Shown: positions 11,081 through 23,646 of the stretch, one piece after another | How positions within the stretch are numbered: the stretch's first letter is position 1 | How the letters are laid out: each line of letters starts with the position of its first letter | Source of the DNA: Podarcis filfolensis | Lineage: Eukaryota | Assembly: GCA_964270895.1 (NCBI GenBank) | Contig: OZ185439.1 | DNA length: 64,000 nucleotides | Direction: 5' to 3' (one strand) | Position numbers and translations under genes: made by a program | Notes under the pieces: model-generated | What the model was told of the DNA's origin: nothing | Database searches by the model: none | Seen by the model: only the letters and a program-made list of their open reading frames with translations

Positions 11081-11615
11081 TACTGAGGATCCCCTTGAGG
11101 GGACCTCTGGGTTCACACCTGATGAAGGACCCCTGGAGCTGTCAGAGGAGGAGGTGGAGCAGCCTCCAGTCCTTGAGAGCAGCAGTGCTAAGAGCTCCCA
11201 GTACAGGCCAAAGGGTGATGGCACAGTATTTGTGTTCGGACCCAGAATTGTCAGTCCACTTGTGATTTGGGGGTCTACTTATGAGTTAGCAAATCCTAAC
11301 AGTCTTTCACTAACCAGCAGCTGTAGTCAGGGTGCAGTTTAGGCAGCCAGTGTATATAAGCCTTCCAGTTGCTGAAAACAGCACTTGTTTTTGTCTTCTC
11401 ATTCTAGCTCTGATGGCTTGCTGAACTTCTCATGATAGGGACCTTGGACTGCTTCCTAACCTTGTTGGAGCTTGGAGAGCTAACTAACCCTTGAAAATAT
11501 AGGGCTTTTGTACTAATTTTAGCTAACACATTCCAATGGAGAAGGGAAGGGGGCTCTGGGATAAGCAATTCCTATAATTCCAATATTCCTGTTGTTCTGT
11601 TGTTTCTTCCTAGAG

Positions 11616-11846
11616 CATGGGTAGGCAAACTAAGGCCTGGGGGCCAGATCCAGCCCAATCGCCTTCTAAATTCGGCCCACGGATGGTCTGGGAATCAGCG
11701 TGTTTTTACACGAGTAGAATTTAAAATGCATCTCTGGGTTATTTGTGGGGCATAGGAATTCATTCTTTTTTTTCCAAAATATGGTCCAGCCGCCCACAAG
11801 GGGGACAGTGGACTGGCTCCCTGCTGAAAAAGTTTGCTGACCCCTG
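11616..11846. mobile_element. hAT-Charlie-type MITE
   Basis: TIR CATGGGTAGGCAAACT...AGTTTGCTGACCCCTG; perfect 8-bp TSD TCCTAGAG (11608-11615 and 11847-11854). Confidence 0.92.
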
Positions 11847-12548
11847 TCCTAGAGCTTCCTGACTATTTCTCATTCTGTTTATTCTGCTTACCGTAATTAA
11901 AAGTTGAAGGAATATAATCCTAGTAATCAATGACTAAACTGGTTATCTTTGTTTGCTTTGTTTCTTAAAGTTGTCTTACCATTTTGTCTGTGCAGGAACC
12001 ATTCCTTAGCAGGAGGCGTTGATTAGATTTTCCGGGTAACTAGATTATAGGGGTGGAGGCTGTTTCGTTTTCAACACCAAAGTGCCTCTCCAGGGCACTA
12101 GCCCACCCACTGTGGATTACTTGTGCTGATCTTTATACAAGTTATTAGAAGCTCAGGACATTTCTTCAGTGCCTTCCAGGACACATTTAAGACAAGACTG
12201 GTACCAGAGTAAAAAAAACAACAGCTCATAATGGGGATCTCATGTCATATTAAGTTATGCCAACCTTTTTAACTCATGCCTTGATCTATAGTAATAAGAC
12301 ACAGAAAAAGTTCAGATTGACACACACCTGTTCACAATTGTACCAGGTGCACATTTAAGGCAAGGAGCTCTTCCTCCAACTGGAAAAAGATTGTAAAAAC
12401 AAAACAAAAAAATGCATTTAACTGTTTCCTGAGGTAGGTTGGCAGGAATAGTGCTCCAGTGATGAAAAGTGCCACATTCGTAACAGTTGGTCTGTCCAGG
12501 TTGTTGTTGTTTTTTAGTTTCTACTGAATTATATGCATTTATTGAAGT

Positions 12549-12613
12549 GCCTGGCGTGCTCTGGTCCATGGGGTCACAAAGAGTTGGACACGACTAAATG
12601 ACTAAACAACAAC
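12549..12613 (+). mobile_element. Bov-B (RTE) LINE extreme 3' end
   Basis: GCCTGGCGTGCTCTGGTCCATGGGGTCACAAAGAGTTGGACACGACTAAATGACTAAACAACAAC, the same tail as the copies at 14923 and 46124. Confidence 0.88.
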
Positions 12614-12738
12614 ATTATTATTTTTATTCATTTATAAGATTTTAAAACCACTTGATCAAGGCTGTCTAAATAAAGGCTGTGCAAATAAAACTGTAAATAA
12701 AGCACTGCTAAAACACACAAAGCAATTAAAAACTAATA

Positions 12739-12972
12739 CAGTGGTACCTCATGTTAATTCATTCTGGAGGTCTGTTCTTAACCTGAAACCGTTCTTAACC
12801 TGAAGCACCACTTTAGCTATTGAGGCCTCCTGCTGCCGCCGCGCTGCCGGAGCACGATTTCTGTTCTCATCCTGAAGCAAAGTTCTTAACCTGAGGTACT
12901 ATTTCTGGGTTAGCAGAGTATGTAACCTGAAGCGTATATAACCTGAAGCGTATGTATCCCGAGGTACCACTG
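12739..12972 (+). mobile_element. Tigger/pogo-like MITE, family A
   Basis: TA-CAGTGGTACCTC...GAGGTACCACTG-TA with the family A interior and a small deletion near the left end. Confidence 0.9.
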
Positions 12973-14922
12973 TATACATAAATGCTTCCAGCATTTTGTT
13001 TGTGGAGATTTTCCTAACCCCCCCCCCCCACGTTATTTTAGATTGAATTTATTTAATGTTGACCTCGTTGTTCAAATGGCAGACCACCAAACAAAAGGGA
13101 AAAGAAGGTAATAGAGAGTGAAATCTCAGTGTGCACCAGGACTTCTCAACAGCTAGAAATGATCCATTCTTTCTACTATCCACCTTTGCGCCAGCATTCG
13201 TAAATCAAGCATGCTTATTACCAATGAGCCTTCCTACAGACCATCTCTCTGAGTCTTCTCCCCACTGCCACCATTTGTGACAGGTTGAAAAATAAAACAC
13301 AACAGTTTGGAGAATAGCAAACAGCTGAATTATTTTCCTCCCCCCACCCCTACTCTCTTACGGACATTACATTGAAAGCAAGGACAATGAGATTTATAAC
13401 CAGAAATAAAAGAAATTTAAGAAGCGTAATCTAAAATTGATTTTAATGCACTTCCTGATCAGATACCATCAACCCTGGCTTGCAACTGAATGGGATAATT
13501 TCATTTTTTTGGACACAGAAAATAGATACTTGAATACAAATGATGCTTATGGATGAGTTGTCATCAGGCGCACCTTAACTTTCAAAAATAGATTACTTGA
13601 CTCCTTGACAATTTATGGTTTGGGCACTTATTGCTATTTCCGTCTCTAAATAGCAGCTCTTAAAGACAAATGTTTACAGATTTTGCCCAAGAGAACTGAA
13701 GAGGGGGAAATAAGCCTCTTTCAGGCAGCACATTTACACTGAAGGATTTCTTGACTAAAAGGGTCTAGCGTTTAGCCTCTGTAGAAGATAACCTTTTCCT
13801 TGGGAGAAACCTGTAGAATGGATCTTAGAAGGCACTGTTTCATTAAAACCTCACATGATTTATGCTAAATGCTCAGTGGTGTGGCGTTTGCTATCTCTGA
13901 GTGCCAGATAGAATCATGTGCCTATATTAGAGAATTGTGTGCAGGAGGGAAAATTACTTTAGCATTGTGCTTCCCTTGCCTGCCCTTCAAACAGAGGTGT
14001 TTAAATTGTTGCATGGTATTAAACAATTATTTTCACAGATATAACAGTCTCTCTATCCTTGACCATTTTCTATAGCTTAGGTTGCAATTCAGGTGCATAT
14101 CAAAAAAATTATTTGCACAATTAAAGCGGATTCAAGTCTTCTGTTGCCATAGAACAACAATTCCATTGTTGTTGTTGTTGTTGTTAAAATGGTGGCTTTT
14201 GAGTTGGGAAGTGATGTGGAACTGTGGTGAAAAGTGTGGAATAAATGAATGATTGATGGAAAGCTGTATAAACACTCCACAAGCAAATAAGGATAAATGC
14301 AGAATGAATGCTCATTATCATATAACTGCTCCATAAACCATTCAGAAAGAATGCCAAATAAAAACTGGACATAAGCTTTGTGCAAGCAAGTCAAGATGAA
14401 TGCTCAATTAACAGGTCCTCTGGAGATGCCCATATTTAGACATACAGCCCCCAAAGTTTAAGAAATCTGATACATATGGTGTTTGATATTTTTGTTTATC
14501 TGTTTACTTATTTATTGTGAAATATTTACAGGCTGCCTTTCCAAGTACAACAGTTTCACACAGTGTTTATTTATGTCTCTGTGACGTGTTTCTTTAAGGA
14601 AATTCAGCAGCTACCTTCCCAATTGTTTTAAAATGTCGAAAATATATACATATAGACTTTCATCATATTGAGGAAAGGAAGAAGGTTCACCAGAATTCTC
14701 TGTCACACTCTGGTCTAGTCTACCAGTAACAAGTGGAAGAATCCCGGAAGTAACTCTATTGCCCAGAAAACATGGTCCCACCACTAAGCCCTTCCTGATC
14801 AAGGAAGTAGAAGATTGGGTTAGTATCTGGACTAATTCTTGTTAAAAGGAGGATGCTTATCAAACAATGTGTCATTGATTAATGCTAGCTGACTGTGTAT
14901 ATTATGTAGTGATTTATTAATT

Positions 14923-15255
14923 TTGTTGTCGTTTAGTCGTGTCTGACTCTTCGTGACCCCATGGACCAGAGCACGCCAGGCACTCCTGTCTTCCACTGCC
15001 TCCCGCAGTTTGGTCAAACTCATGCTGGTAGCTTCGAGAACACTATCCAACCATCTCGTCCTCTGTCGTCCCCTTCTCCTTGTGCCCTCCATCTTTCCAA
15101 ACATCAGGGTCTTTTCCAGGGAGTCTTCTGTTCTCATGAGGTGGCCAAAGTATTGGAGCCTCAACTTCACGATCTGTCCTTCCAGTGAGCACTCAGGGCT
15201 GATTTCCTTTAGAATGGAGAGGTTTGATCTTCTCAAGAGTCTCCTCCAGCAGCAC
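14923..15255 (-). mobile_element. Bov-B (RTE) LINE, 5'-truncated
   Basis: The minus-strand ORF encodes the RTE C-terminus ILKEISPECSLEGQIVKLRLQYFGHLMR...LEKTLMFGKMEGTRRRGRQRTRWLDSV...WRALVHGVTKSQTRL; (CAA)n tail. Confidence 0.95.
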
Positions 15256-15273
15256 TATTGATATTTGAAATGG

Positions 15274-15307
15274 ATTATATTATATTATATTATATTATAT
15301 TATATTA
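15274..15307. repeat. (ATTAT)n microsatellite
   Basis: Direct reading of the sequence. Confidence 0.95.
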
Positions 15308-15681
15308 GTTCTTCGTCTCATGTATTGTGAGCTGCTTGTGGGAAAGTGGCATATAAATAAACTAATGAGTAATGAATGAATTGTAGGAAATGGTTTCCTA
15401 ATAGCTAAGAATAAATCTCCATATTTGGAATGAGATACCCATCACAACATGGAAATATCCCTCCAGCTAAGGAGAGAGAAAAAGCAACTTTCCATTTGAT
15501 TGGACAAAAATAACAAAAAAACAAGTAGAGTGAGTGAGATGAGAATTGTAGTTGGGGTTAGCTAAACTCAGCTGCAACTTTTTGGGAGTTGTATCTACTC
15601 TCTGGGAATCTGCTAGAACACCCACAGATTTGCTATTACTGAATAAATGCCTATTTGCTTCCACTATTCTCTTCTTATAGT

Positions 15682-16765
15682 GGGACGCGGGTGGCGCTGT
15701 GGGTTAAACCAAGGTCAGTGGTTTGAATCCCCGCGACGGGGTGAGCTCCCGTTGCTCGGTCCCAGCTCCCGCCAACCTAGCAGTTCAAAAGCACGTCAAA
15801 GTGCAAGTAGATAAATAGGTACCGCTCCAGCGGGGAGGTAAATGGCATTTCCGTGCTGTCAGAGCTACCCTAGGTCCCAGCTCACAAAGGACCAACGCTG
15901 CTCTACGTCTCAACCGTTAGACCGCTGATGCTCCGTCTGAGTCTCCTCCCCCTTGACACCAATTTAAGATTCTAGCCTTGCTCCACCTTTTCCGCTGCTC
16001 TTTCCTCCTCTGGGTCCGCCTGCCCGCCGGGGTCTCGCTCTTTCTAGCCTCCTCTGACGCTGATTCCCCTGAGCCGTCTCCCTCCCTCCGGCGGGGTTTA
16101 GGAGCTGGTTCCCCATCCGGGTCTCCTGCTGTCCCGCGCGCCTGCACATTTGAACTTGGCGCGCGTGCCCAGCCAGCAGCTTTCCTCCTGACCGTTTCAC
16201 TGCTGCTGTCACTGCTTCCTCCATCGGGGGGGGGGCTAGCTGCAACTGACCTCCCTTCCATTCCTCCACTCTCCGATGGAGGCGTGGTCAGCCCTGACTC
16301 CCTCTCTGGAGGAGACGCTGGCCCTGACACATGTGACTCTTCCCCCCCACTACGCTCTGGTGGGGAAACTGGTCCCGATCCTCCACTGCTGTTTTGGGGT
16401 TCCCCTCTGGCTCCTTGTTTCTGGTGCGTCCCCCCTGGGACCCCCCTTGCCCTGACCATCGGCGCCCCCTTCTGGGAATCTTCTGATTCGCTGGAGAAGC
16501 TCATGGAATCTCTCGGGCCACTGTCATACTCCCCTACGCTGCCCTCGGATTCTTCCCCTTCACTCTCCAATTCCTCTCTCCCCATTGCTCCTGCTCCTGA
16601 TTCCCTGACACGTGCGCTGCTCTGGTTCACCAGAAGCGGCTCAGACATGCTGGCCACATGACCCGGAAGCTGTACGCCGGCTCCCTCGGCCAATAAAGCA
16701 AGATGAGCACCACACCCCCAGAGTCGGCCACGACTGGACCTAATGGTCAGGGGTCCATTTACCTT
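15682..16765 (+). mobile_element. Sauria SINE interrupted by a solo LTR
   Basis: SINE head at 15682-15856, body and tail at 16611-16765; 15-bp TSD TATTCTCTTCTTATA (15665-15679 and 16766-16780); small deletion in the head. Confidence 0.95.
15857..16610 (-). mobile_element. Solo LTR (754 bp) inserted in a SINE
   Basis: Termini TGTCAG...CTGACA; perfect 5-bp TSD CGTGC (15852-15856 and 16611-16615) duplicating SINE sequence; strong purine/pyrimidine strand skew. Orientation is inferred by analogy to 8349-8947. Confidence 0.85.
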
Positions 16766-17429
16766 TATTCTCTTCTTATAAATAAAGCAAACCTACTACG
16801 AAGACCCTACAAGTCTGCTGTTCTCTCTCATCAAAAATGTAAAGCTCAGCACTTAGAAGGGGGGAATGTATTAAAGTGAAGTGAAATTCCTTTTTCCATT
16901 CAGCAACAATCTGCCCCAGCCAGGTTTCAAAAGTTTAGCAAGTACTTGTTTGGAATATACTAGTAGCAAAATAATAGGAAAAACATTCCAAATATGATTA
17001 AAATGAATGCATTTATTTTAAAAGCCTCATCCAAAGAAGCAGCACTAAATTACTTTGATGCACTAACGCAGAATTACTTGGGACTTAGATATGGGATATA
17101 AGTTCATTTACCATAACTTAGTATTCACAGTACATAATTTTAGTTGATCACAGTCTAACCAAATGTATATTTAATCTTAATCCTTTAGCTGCCTTGGGTA
17201 GCTGGCAAATTGATAAAACAAGATCTAGAGACAAATTACAAAATTGTGTTCCTGGAAAATAGGTTTCCATATATTAAAAAGCTTGTGAAATCACTGGAGT
17301 TGATTTTGTTATGCATATTATTTAATGGTCAATAATGGGTTTAAAACAGTGCTACCTTTATGGGCTTATTATACACTTGAATGGAAGCATCTAAGGGGAA
17401 ACTGAAACTGGAAAGAAGACGGAACTTTT

Positions 17430-17655
17430 GTTCGAAAGCACGTCAGAGTGCAAGTAGATAAATAGGTACCGCTCCGGCGGGAAGGTAAACAGCATTTCTG
17501 TGCGCTGCTCTGGTTCACCAGAAGCGGTTTAGTCATGCTGGCCACATGACCCGGAAGCTGTACGCCGGCTCCCTCAGCCAATAAAGCGAGATGAGCGCCG
17601 CAACCCCAGAGTCGGTCATGAGTGGACCTAATGGTCAGGGGTCCCTTTACCTTTT
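17430..17655 (+). mobile_element. Sauria SINE, 5'-truncated
   Basis: Runs from GTTCGAAAGCACGTC to GGTCCCTTTACCTTT, matching the 3' two-thirds of the full copies. Confidence 0.92.
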
Positions 17656-17700
17656 TAAGTCATATTGAAATCAGTCGGGCAGGTAAAATGCTAACATTTC

Positions 17701-17744
<44 letters not shown>
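17701..17744. repeat. (ATTT)n microsatellite
   Basis: Direct reading of the sequence. Confidence 0.95.
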
Positions 17745-17745
<1 letters not shown>

Positions 17746-17859
17746 AAAACGTACTAGGAGCATGCAAGCCCCTGGATTTATCAAGGTTCTCCAGGCAGGC
17801 TTTAAGCCAGAATCCCTGACCAGAATCTGGTCTAACATACCTGACTGGAACTATTTATT

Positions 17860-18110
17860 TAGAATCATAGAACTCTATGGTAGGGCTGCAAGGGGTATTG
17901 AAGACCACCTACTTCAATCCCTTACTCAATGAAGGATCTACAATGCTGGATGAAACTGAAGCATCCCTCGCAGATGGACATCCTGCCTCTGCTTAAATAC
18001 CTCCAGAGCCCACCATTTCCTGAAGCAATCTGTCCAGATGCTAAGCTGAAAATCAGCTTCCTTGCCATTGGCTCCTTGTATCCATTGGTCCCTGACCTAC
18101 CCTCTTGTTC
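17860..18110 (-). mobile_element. Old CR1 LINE 3' fragment
   Basis: Begins AGAATCATAGAA (reverse of the CR1 TTCTATGATTCT tail) and has segments resembling 44167-44636. Confidence 0.6.
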
Positions 18111-20898
18111 AAGGGTCGCCAGTGTGGTCCATGAGGCCTTCTCTGGTGCTCACAGTGTCCCCTCCCTTGCCTCTCATCTACTGAAGCTCAGAAATGAACA
18201 GCAGTTCACAAAGAGGCAGCGCTGGAGTTAAATATAGTTCACAGAACAAAGAAGAGTCATTTACTCATATACTGATAATATCCCTTGAGGGATAAGAATG
18301 TGCCAAAGTGTGAGAAATATAAATTCTCTACAAAATAAAAATGTGCCCTAACTCTACCAGCTGTCTCCTCAGCCTGTGAAGCAAGACACTTTCTGCTACA
18401 GTTCCTATAATTCCTATTTCAATTGGGATTTTTTAAAAAAATATATATAATGCAAATGAGCTTGCGCCACCTGAGGTGAGACTAATTAAAATGTTAAATG
18501 TGACTTTAAGTGTGGTGTCTTCTACTACTTCATCATGTTACATATTACAACCATCACTCGCTTAACTCAAAGCTGTCTTCCCGCTGGTTAACGGCCATCT
18601 GTAGTAACAGAGACAGAACTTTATGAGCCCATGAGTAGAATCTGAGCTGCATTTAGCAATGATTAATGAGTATCATTTCTATTGAAAAGGGGGTGAGGGA
18701 TGCAAAGAAGATTATCTTTGAAGAATGTTAAAAATGGCAATGTCAGCGAGGAAAACAACATGGCCAGAATTTCTTGGTGATAAAGTGCCAATCCTTCTGA
18801 AGCCTTTCACTGTGACTTTTTGGGACTGACAGCTTTTGGGTACTAAGGGGTTTGCAGAGTAAATATGCCTGGCATTTACTTGAGCAGGGACAAGATTCAC
18901 ATCAACTCAAAGGAGGCTGTGTAAAAAATTTAAAATAATTAAAGGTCCTCAGGAAATTCCAGGCTATATCAAATAGCTTGTTGCATACAATTTGGCTGCT
19001 ATTTATAGCACATTAATTGATTGTGAGTGAGAATTATTTCAATTATCAATTAAATAGCACTTTGGGGTACAAAATCTATACCATTGCTTTGTGTATTTGA
19101 GAGCAATTGTTTCCATTCTAAAGTTGGGGGAACTGGAACTTAGAAATACTAGCATTTGGGTGGACAGTTGCACATTCCCAAACAAGAGGAAGTGCATTAT
19201 GTGAAAGGAGAGCAAAAGAAGACACATAATTGCATATGTGGATAGAAGCAAATTTTGAAATAATGAGTATTCTAATTTAAATATCAATACAATGCATCTC
19301 ACCATATTGGGGGAAACTGACCAATTGAATCTGCTGTCTGAGATGCTAACTATTTATGGGCAACTTCAAGGCTTCCTACATTTCTTTATCTTTAAATGAA
19401 ATGTGGATTGGAGAGTCAATCAATCAACTTTGCTGCAGTTTAGAAACCTTCCAATTGACCAGTAAGCCGGTCAAACAATCCAAGTTTTGGGATACATTGA
19501 ACACAACATAAATGCAAAAGATCTACACACCATTGCTCTTGACACATAGCACTTCTCAGTGTGATTTGGATAAACTTCCCTTGTATTTATAGTGACAAAT
19601 AATGTTTGCCATTTTTAATGCCATCTAGTTATTCATATCAGTCAATAGGAAAGATACAGAAAGTATTGAAAGAGTGTCCCCCTGTAAGGAGTTACTAAGA
19701 GGAGATAAATAGCTGCCATAAATCCTTCTACAATATGCAGACTGAATGGTGCATGTACCACCAGTTCAACAACCAAAGGACCACAAGGATGAATCTATCA
19801 CCCCATGGCAGTCATCTTAAAATGCACATCCACTGCAGCTGGTGGAAATACATGTAGCCAATCCAGAATAAAAGATCTACAATATTTAGGAACTATGTAA
19901 GTCCATAAGTTATTTAGCTGCTGTTAAATAGAGAACTGCCATCTGACAGCCCTTCAAATACACAATTGTCCTCTGTAAAGTAGAGCATGTGGTGACCTTG
20001 CTCAGGTAGAAGAGATCTGAATCAATGTCTTCTGGAATACTCCAGTGCATGTGATGTCAAGTTTTCTGACTATAATTCACTATATAGTCCACTATAATTC
20101 TCTATATCTAAACTTTTCGGCAATATAAATGGTTCATTGGTTACCCATGCACTATGCACAACACTCATATATAGCAAATGGCTGGCCACCCCTGGCCACG
20201 GGTCAGGTGCTGCCATTTGTTAAGTACTAAACATATGAGATTTCCACATTATGTAATTGGTACTACACACTCTCCTGCTCGTGTGTGGCCAGTTCTGGGT
20301 CTTTGCTTTGCAATCCAAATTTACAGCGTAGCAGTAATATTTTTCTACAAGCTGTCAGGTCTCATGCTTGCATAGGTCTATGGGAAAATATCACAACCTA
20401 TTATTCAGAGGTAGCAATAGGTTCTCCTCGGCAGACAAACCACTTTGTGTTAGGGCTTTTTTCCTTTTTCTAAAATATTTCAACACCAACACTGCACTTC
20501 CCCTTTGGAGGAGGCCATGTCACCGTGCGGTTTAAAGTATAATGCAGCTTCTCATCTGGCAAACCAGCAAGAGGAGAATCGCATCCCAGGTGGTGCCATT
20601 GGTTGCCTTATTTATCATAGCTGCCTCAGACCATCCAAGTGTGGCCCACCCCACTCTTTTGGTAAAGGCTTTGTCAAGAAAGGTGGGAGGGTTAAGGGGT
20701 GGAGGGACTTCTGATCCCATACAGACCCTTAAACTCACCTCAGAGTAGCTTTGCTTTCTGTATCATTCTAACAAGTGAAAAGGAGCGTTTTGCCACATGT
20801 AAGGCTTGGTACTCATTTTAAGTAAATTCAAATTAAGTTAATTCAATGTAGCCACTACTGTGTTAGCACCACAATGCACTCAGTCCCATCACGTAGGG

Positions 20899-21302
20899 CA
20901 GCGATGTCCAATTGGTCGACCGTGATCGACCAGGTGATCCCCAGGTGAATGAATGTCTCTGCCCCCTGCCCCCTTGCTCTGTCCCTCTGTCACTTCCAAT
21001 GGGAAGTCATTTGTCATCTAGTACTGGCGACTGGGGATACGGTAGCGGGCTTTAGCAGTGCCTTCGTGTTTTAGTGGCAGGTTTTTAGGTGAGCGATTTA
21101 TGTCATTCCCCCATAAAAAAACTGAACTCCTCTTGGGAATCCTCTCCCAAAAAAGGTGAACAACTCTTGGCTCTCCCCCCTAAAAAAAAGTTCAACTATT
21201 GGCAATCATCCCCTCCCAGCCACCCATCCCAATGCCAGATCACTGACATTTTTTTTTATATACTGGGGAAGATCGCAGTCTCTTGGGAGTTGGACATGCC
21301 TG
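20899..21302 (+). mobile_element. hAT MITE (family shared with 23067-23314)
   Basis: TIR CAGCGATGTCCAA...TTGGACATGCCTG; degenerate TSD ACGTAGGG/ATGTAAGG (6/8); shared GATC.CAGTCTCTTGGGAGTTGG end. Confidence 0.8.
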
Positions 21303-21410
21303 ATGTAAGGCATCCAAAAATCACGTGAGCAGCACTGCATCTGCTACTGAACTAGGGCCATCCCGTTTGGCTGCACTGAATGAAATTCCCAAGCTAGTGC
21401 CGTCCAGATG

Positions 21411-21654
21411 TGCCAGTGTGGTGTAGTGGTTAAGAGCGGTAGACTTGTAATCTGGGGAACCAGGTTTGTGTCTCCGCTCCTCCACATGCAGCTGCTGGGT
21501 GACCTTGGGCCAGTCACACTTCTCTGAAGTCTCTCAGCCCCACTCACCTCACAGAGTGTTTGTTGTGGGGGAGGAAGGGAAAGGAGAATGTTAGCCGCTT
21601 TGAGACTCCTTTCGGTAGTAGCGGGATATCAAATCCAAACTCCTCTTCTTCTTC
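21411..21654 (+). mobile_element. tRNA-derived SINE with L2-like tail
   Basis: Head GTGTGGTGTAGTGGTTAAGAGC, core GGGTGACCTTGGGC.AGTCAC, ending in a (CTT)n tail. Confidence 0.8.
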
Positions 21655-22976
21655 AACAATCCCCATCATACCTGATCAATGCCATGTTGGCTGCGACTGG
21701 TGGGAGTTCTAGTTCAAAATATCTGAAGGGCACCATCTTCGGGAAGGTTACTCTAGCTCTATTGAACACACGTTCATTTCTTGACCAGTATGATGATACT
21801 TATTTCAATAGCATTCCATATTTGATAGTCCACAAAAGAACAGAATGAAAGCTCTGCTCCAAAAGACTTACAACGGCAGCAAACTGCCAGGCTATTCATT
21901 TTATGATGGAATACATGTATTGCGGTAACTAGCCTTTTAAGTTTGGGGCAATTAATAAGATCCTGAATAAACAAAGAATACATTTTCAGAAATCCCAACA
22001 AAGGAAAAACTTTGTCCCTTTTAATACACTTGGATACAAGTACCTTTTTTTAAAAAAGAAAGAAAGAAAGAAAGAAAAGGATGTAGCTCGACTTTCTGTA
22101 TTCTTTAAAGGGCATTTTATCGGAGAATTAAATATTTCGCTTTCTTAATGCTCGTGGTTTTTATATTTGGATTTACTAAAGAGAGGCATACATTAAAGAT
22201 AATGAAGAGGCATTGCCATTTCAAACTACTACATTTTCAATGCTATTCTATTGCAGTCACCGTCGCTCTGGAGAATGACAGCTATTAGACTGCAGGTGTG
22301 AATATAATAGAGCCTTCTCTGAAGATAACATTAAGGGTGCAAAAAAAAAAAGTTGTTGTAAAACTTCACCTCTTTTGTCTTCTATTGTGTGGTTGCCATT
22401 CAAAAGAATCCATAATTGGCTAAATTCTACCCAAAGTGCCACTCATCTAGTGTGGCACAAACCTCCTTGGGAAAGATGCTTTTGCCCAAGAGTGATCTCT
22501 ATAGAGAGCTTTGGAAAGCCACAGAAGCGTGTCATTATTTCAAGTATGTGTTTTATTTGTGATCTAATCAAGGCTGTGCATCTCAAAACTCTATAAATTA
22601 ACACACTTATTAGGCCCATGAATAGCTACAGGCTGCCTGACACATTCACTGAAATTTCTCCATTTAAATGTAAATGTCGCCAGCCCAGTTGAGATTTGAC
22701 TGAATTTCTCTACAGAATAAGGGACAGAAAAGAGGAGACATTAAAAAGTGGGGGGGGGACCCACAAAGGTCAAATATATGCATAAAAATTAAAAGAGGAA
22801 AAGGCTGTTGTGGAACAGCCTAAAGTTACTGCATGAATATTAGATCTGCCTCAAAGCAGGGAAACGACAGGACTCCCTGATGGTCCACAAACTCTTCTCG
22901 TTTCACAGGATAACATTCCTCTTAACAGGCCACCCAGCTTTCAGGCACTTAGCAAACTATGGGCTGGATCTATAGC

Positions 22977-23646
22977 TAGAGATGGGGGAGGAGGATTAAA
23001 TTGTAATATCACACATTACATTTAAAGGCGAAGCTATCTAATTATCCATTTCCCAAACCTATACATCAGCATGTCCAACAGGTAAATCGTGATCTACTGG
23101 TAGAACACTGGACGTCCGCGGTAGATCACTGGTAGATCATTGGCTCCCCCCAAAGAAGCTGAACAACTGTGGCTCCCCTAAAAAAAGCTCAGCATTCTAC
23201 CTACTCCCTGAAAAACGCAACAACTTTGACCTGAACCCCCCAAAAGGGGGTAGATCACTGCCAGTTTTTAACTCTGGGAGTAGATCACAGTCTCTTGGGA
23301 GTTGGCCACCCCTGCTATACATGAACCGAAGCACAGCCATCCTTTGACATTCACACTTCTCTGAATTTTGTTGTGCAGTTCTCCAGCCCAAGTAACGTGT
23401 ACAAAAATGCATATACTATGCCAAAATGTGCATAAAAATACATATTTTGGTGAAAATAACATGTGAAAAGGAATGAGGCTAGGGAGCATAGTTTTGTGTG
23501 AATTGGGCGAAATTGCATGCAAATGTGTATGTATGGGAAAAAATACTGATTAAATTTTATGGCGATTTTTAAGTTGCAAACTGAATTTAAGACTGGAAAG
23601 ATTAGAAACCAGGAGAAAATGAAGTTGACAGATTTGTCCCTCCTTA
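22977..23646 (+). mobile_element. Old interspersed repeat (family C), split by a hAT MITE
   Basis: Shares CACTTCTCTGAATTTTG..TGCAGTTCTCC, CAAAAATGCAT and the terminal GACAGATTTG.CC motifs with 50479-50899, 60270-60756 and 28640-28930. Confidence 0.65.
23067..23314 (+). mobile_element. hAT MITE
   Basis: TIR CAGCATGTCCAAC...GTTGGCCACCCCTG; perfect TSD CTATACAT (23059-23066 and 23315-23322). Confidence 0.9.

Larger units (their letters stand above)
10783..12076 (+). mobile_element. Putative LTR-like element hosting two MITEs
   Basis: Purine-rich GAGGAGGAG segment, TATA-like TGTATATAAG near 11351 and a terminal TTTTCAACA. The 5' boundary is uncertain and no TSD was confirmed. Confidence 0.45.

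Noticed and set aside
10477-12081. CCAAA-TG...CA-CCAAA as TSD-defined LTR boundaries
   Set aside because: The match is short and the extra interval looks like unique sequence plus a LINE tail, so it is probably coincidental.
14599-14819. Exon-like segment with AG/GT boundaries
   Set aside because: All three frames contain stops and no homology was recognised.
15917-16693. 258-aa and opposite-strand 227-aa ORFs as protein-coding genes
   Set aside because: They lie over an LTR plus SINE sequence. The strong purine/pyrimidine skew and high GC suppress stop codons, the peptides are low-complexity with no recognisable domain, and the start codons come from the SINE.
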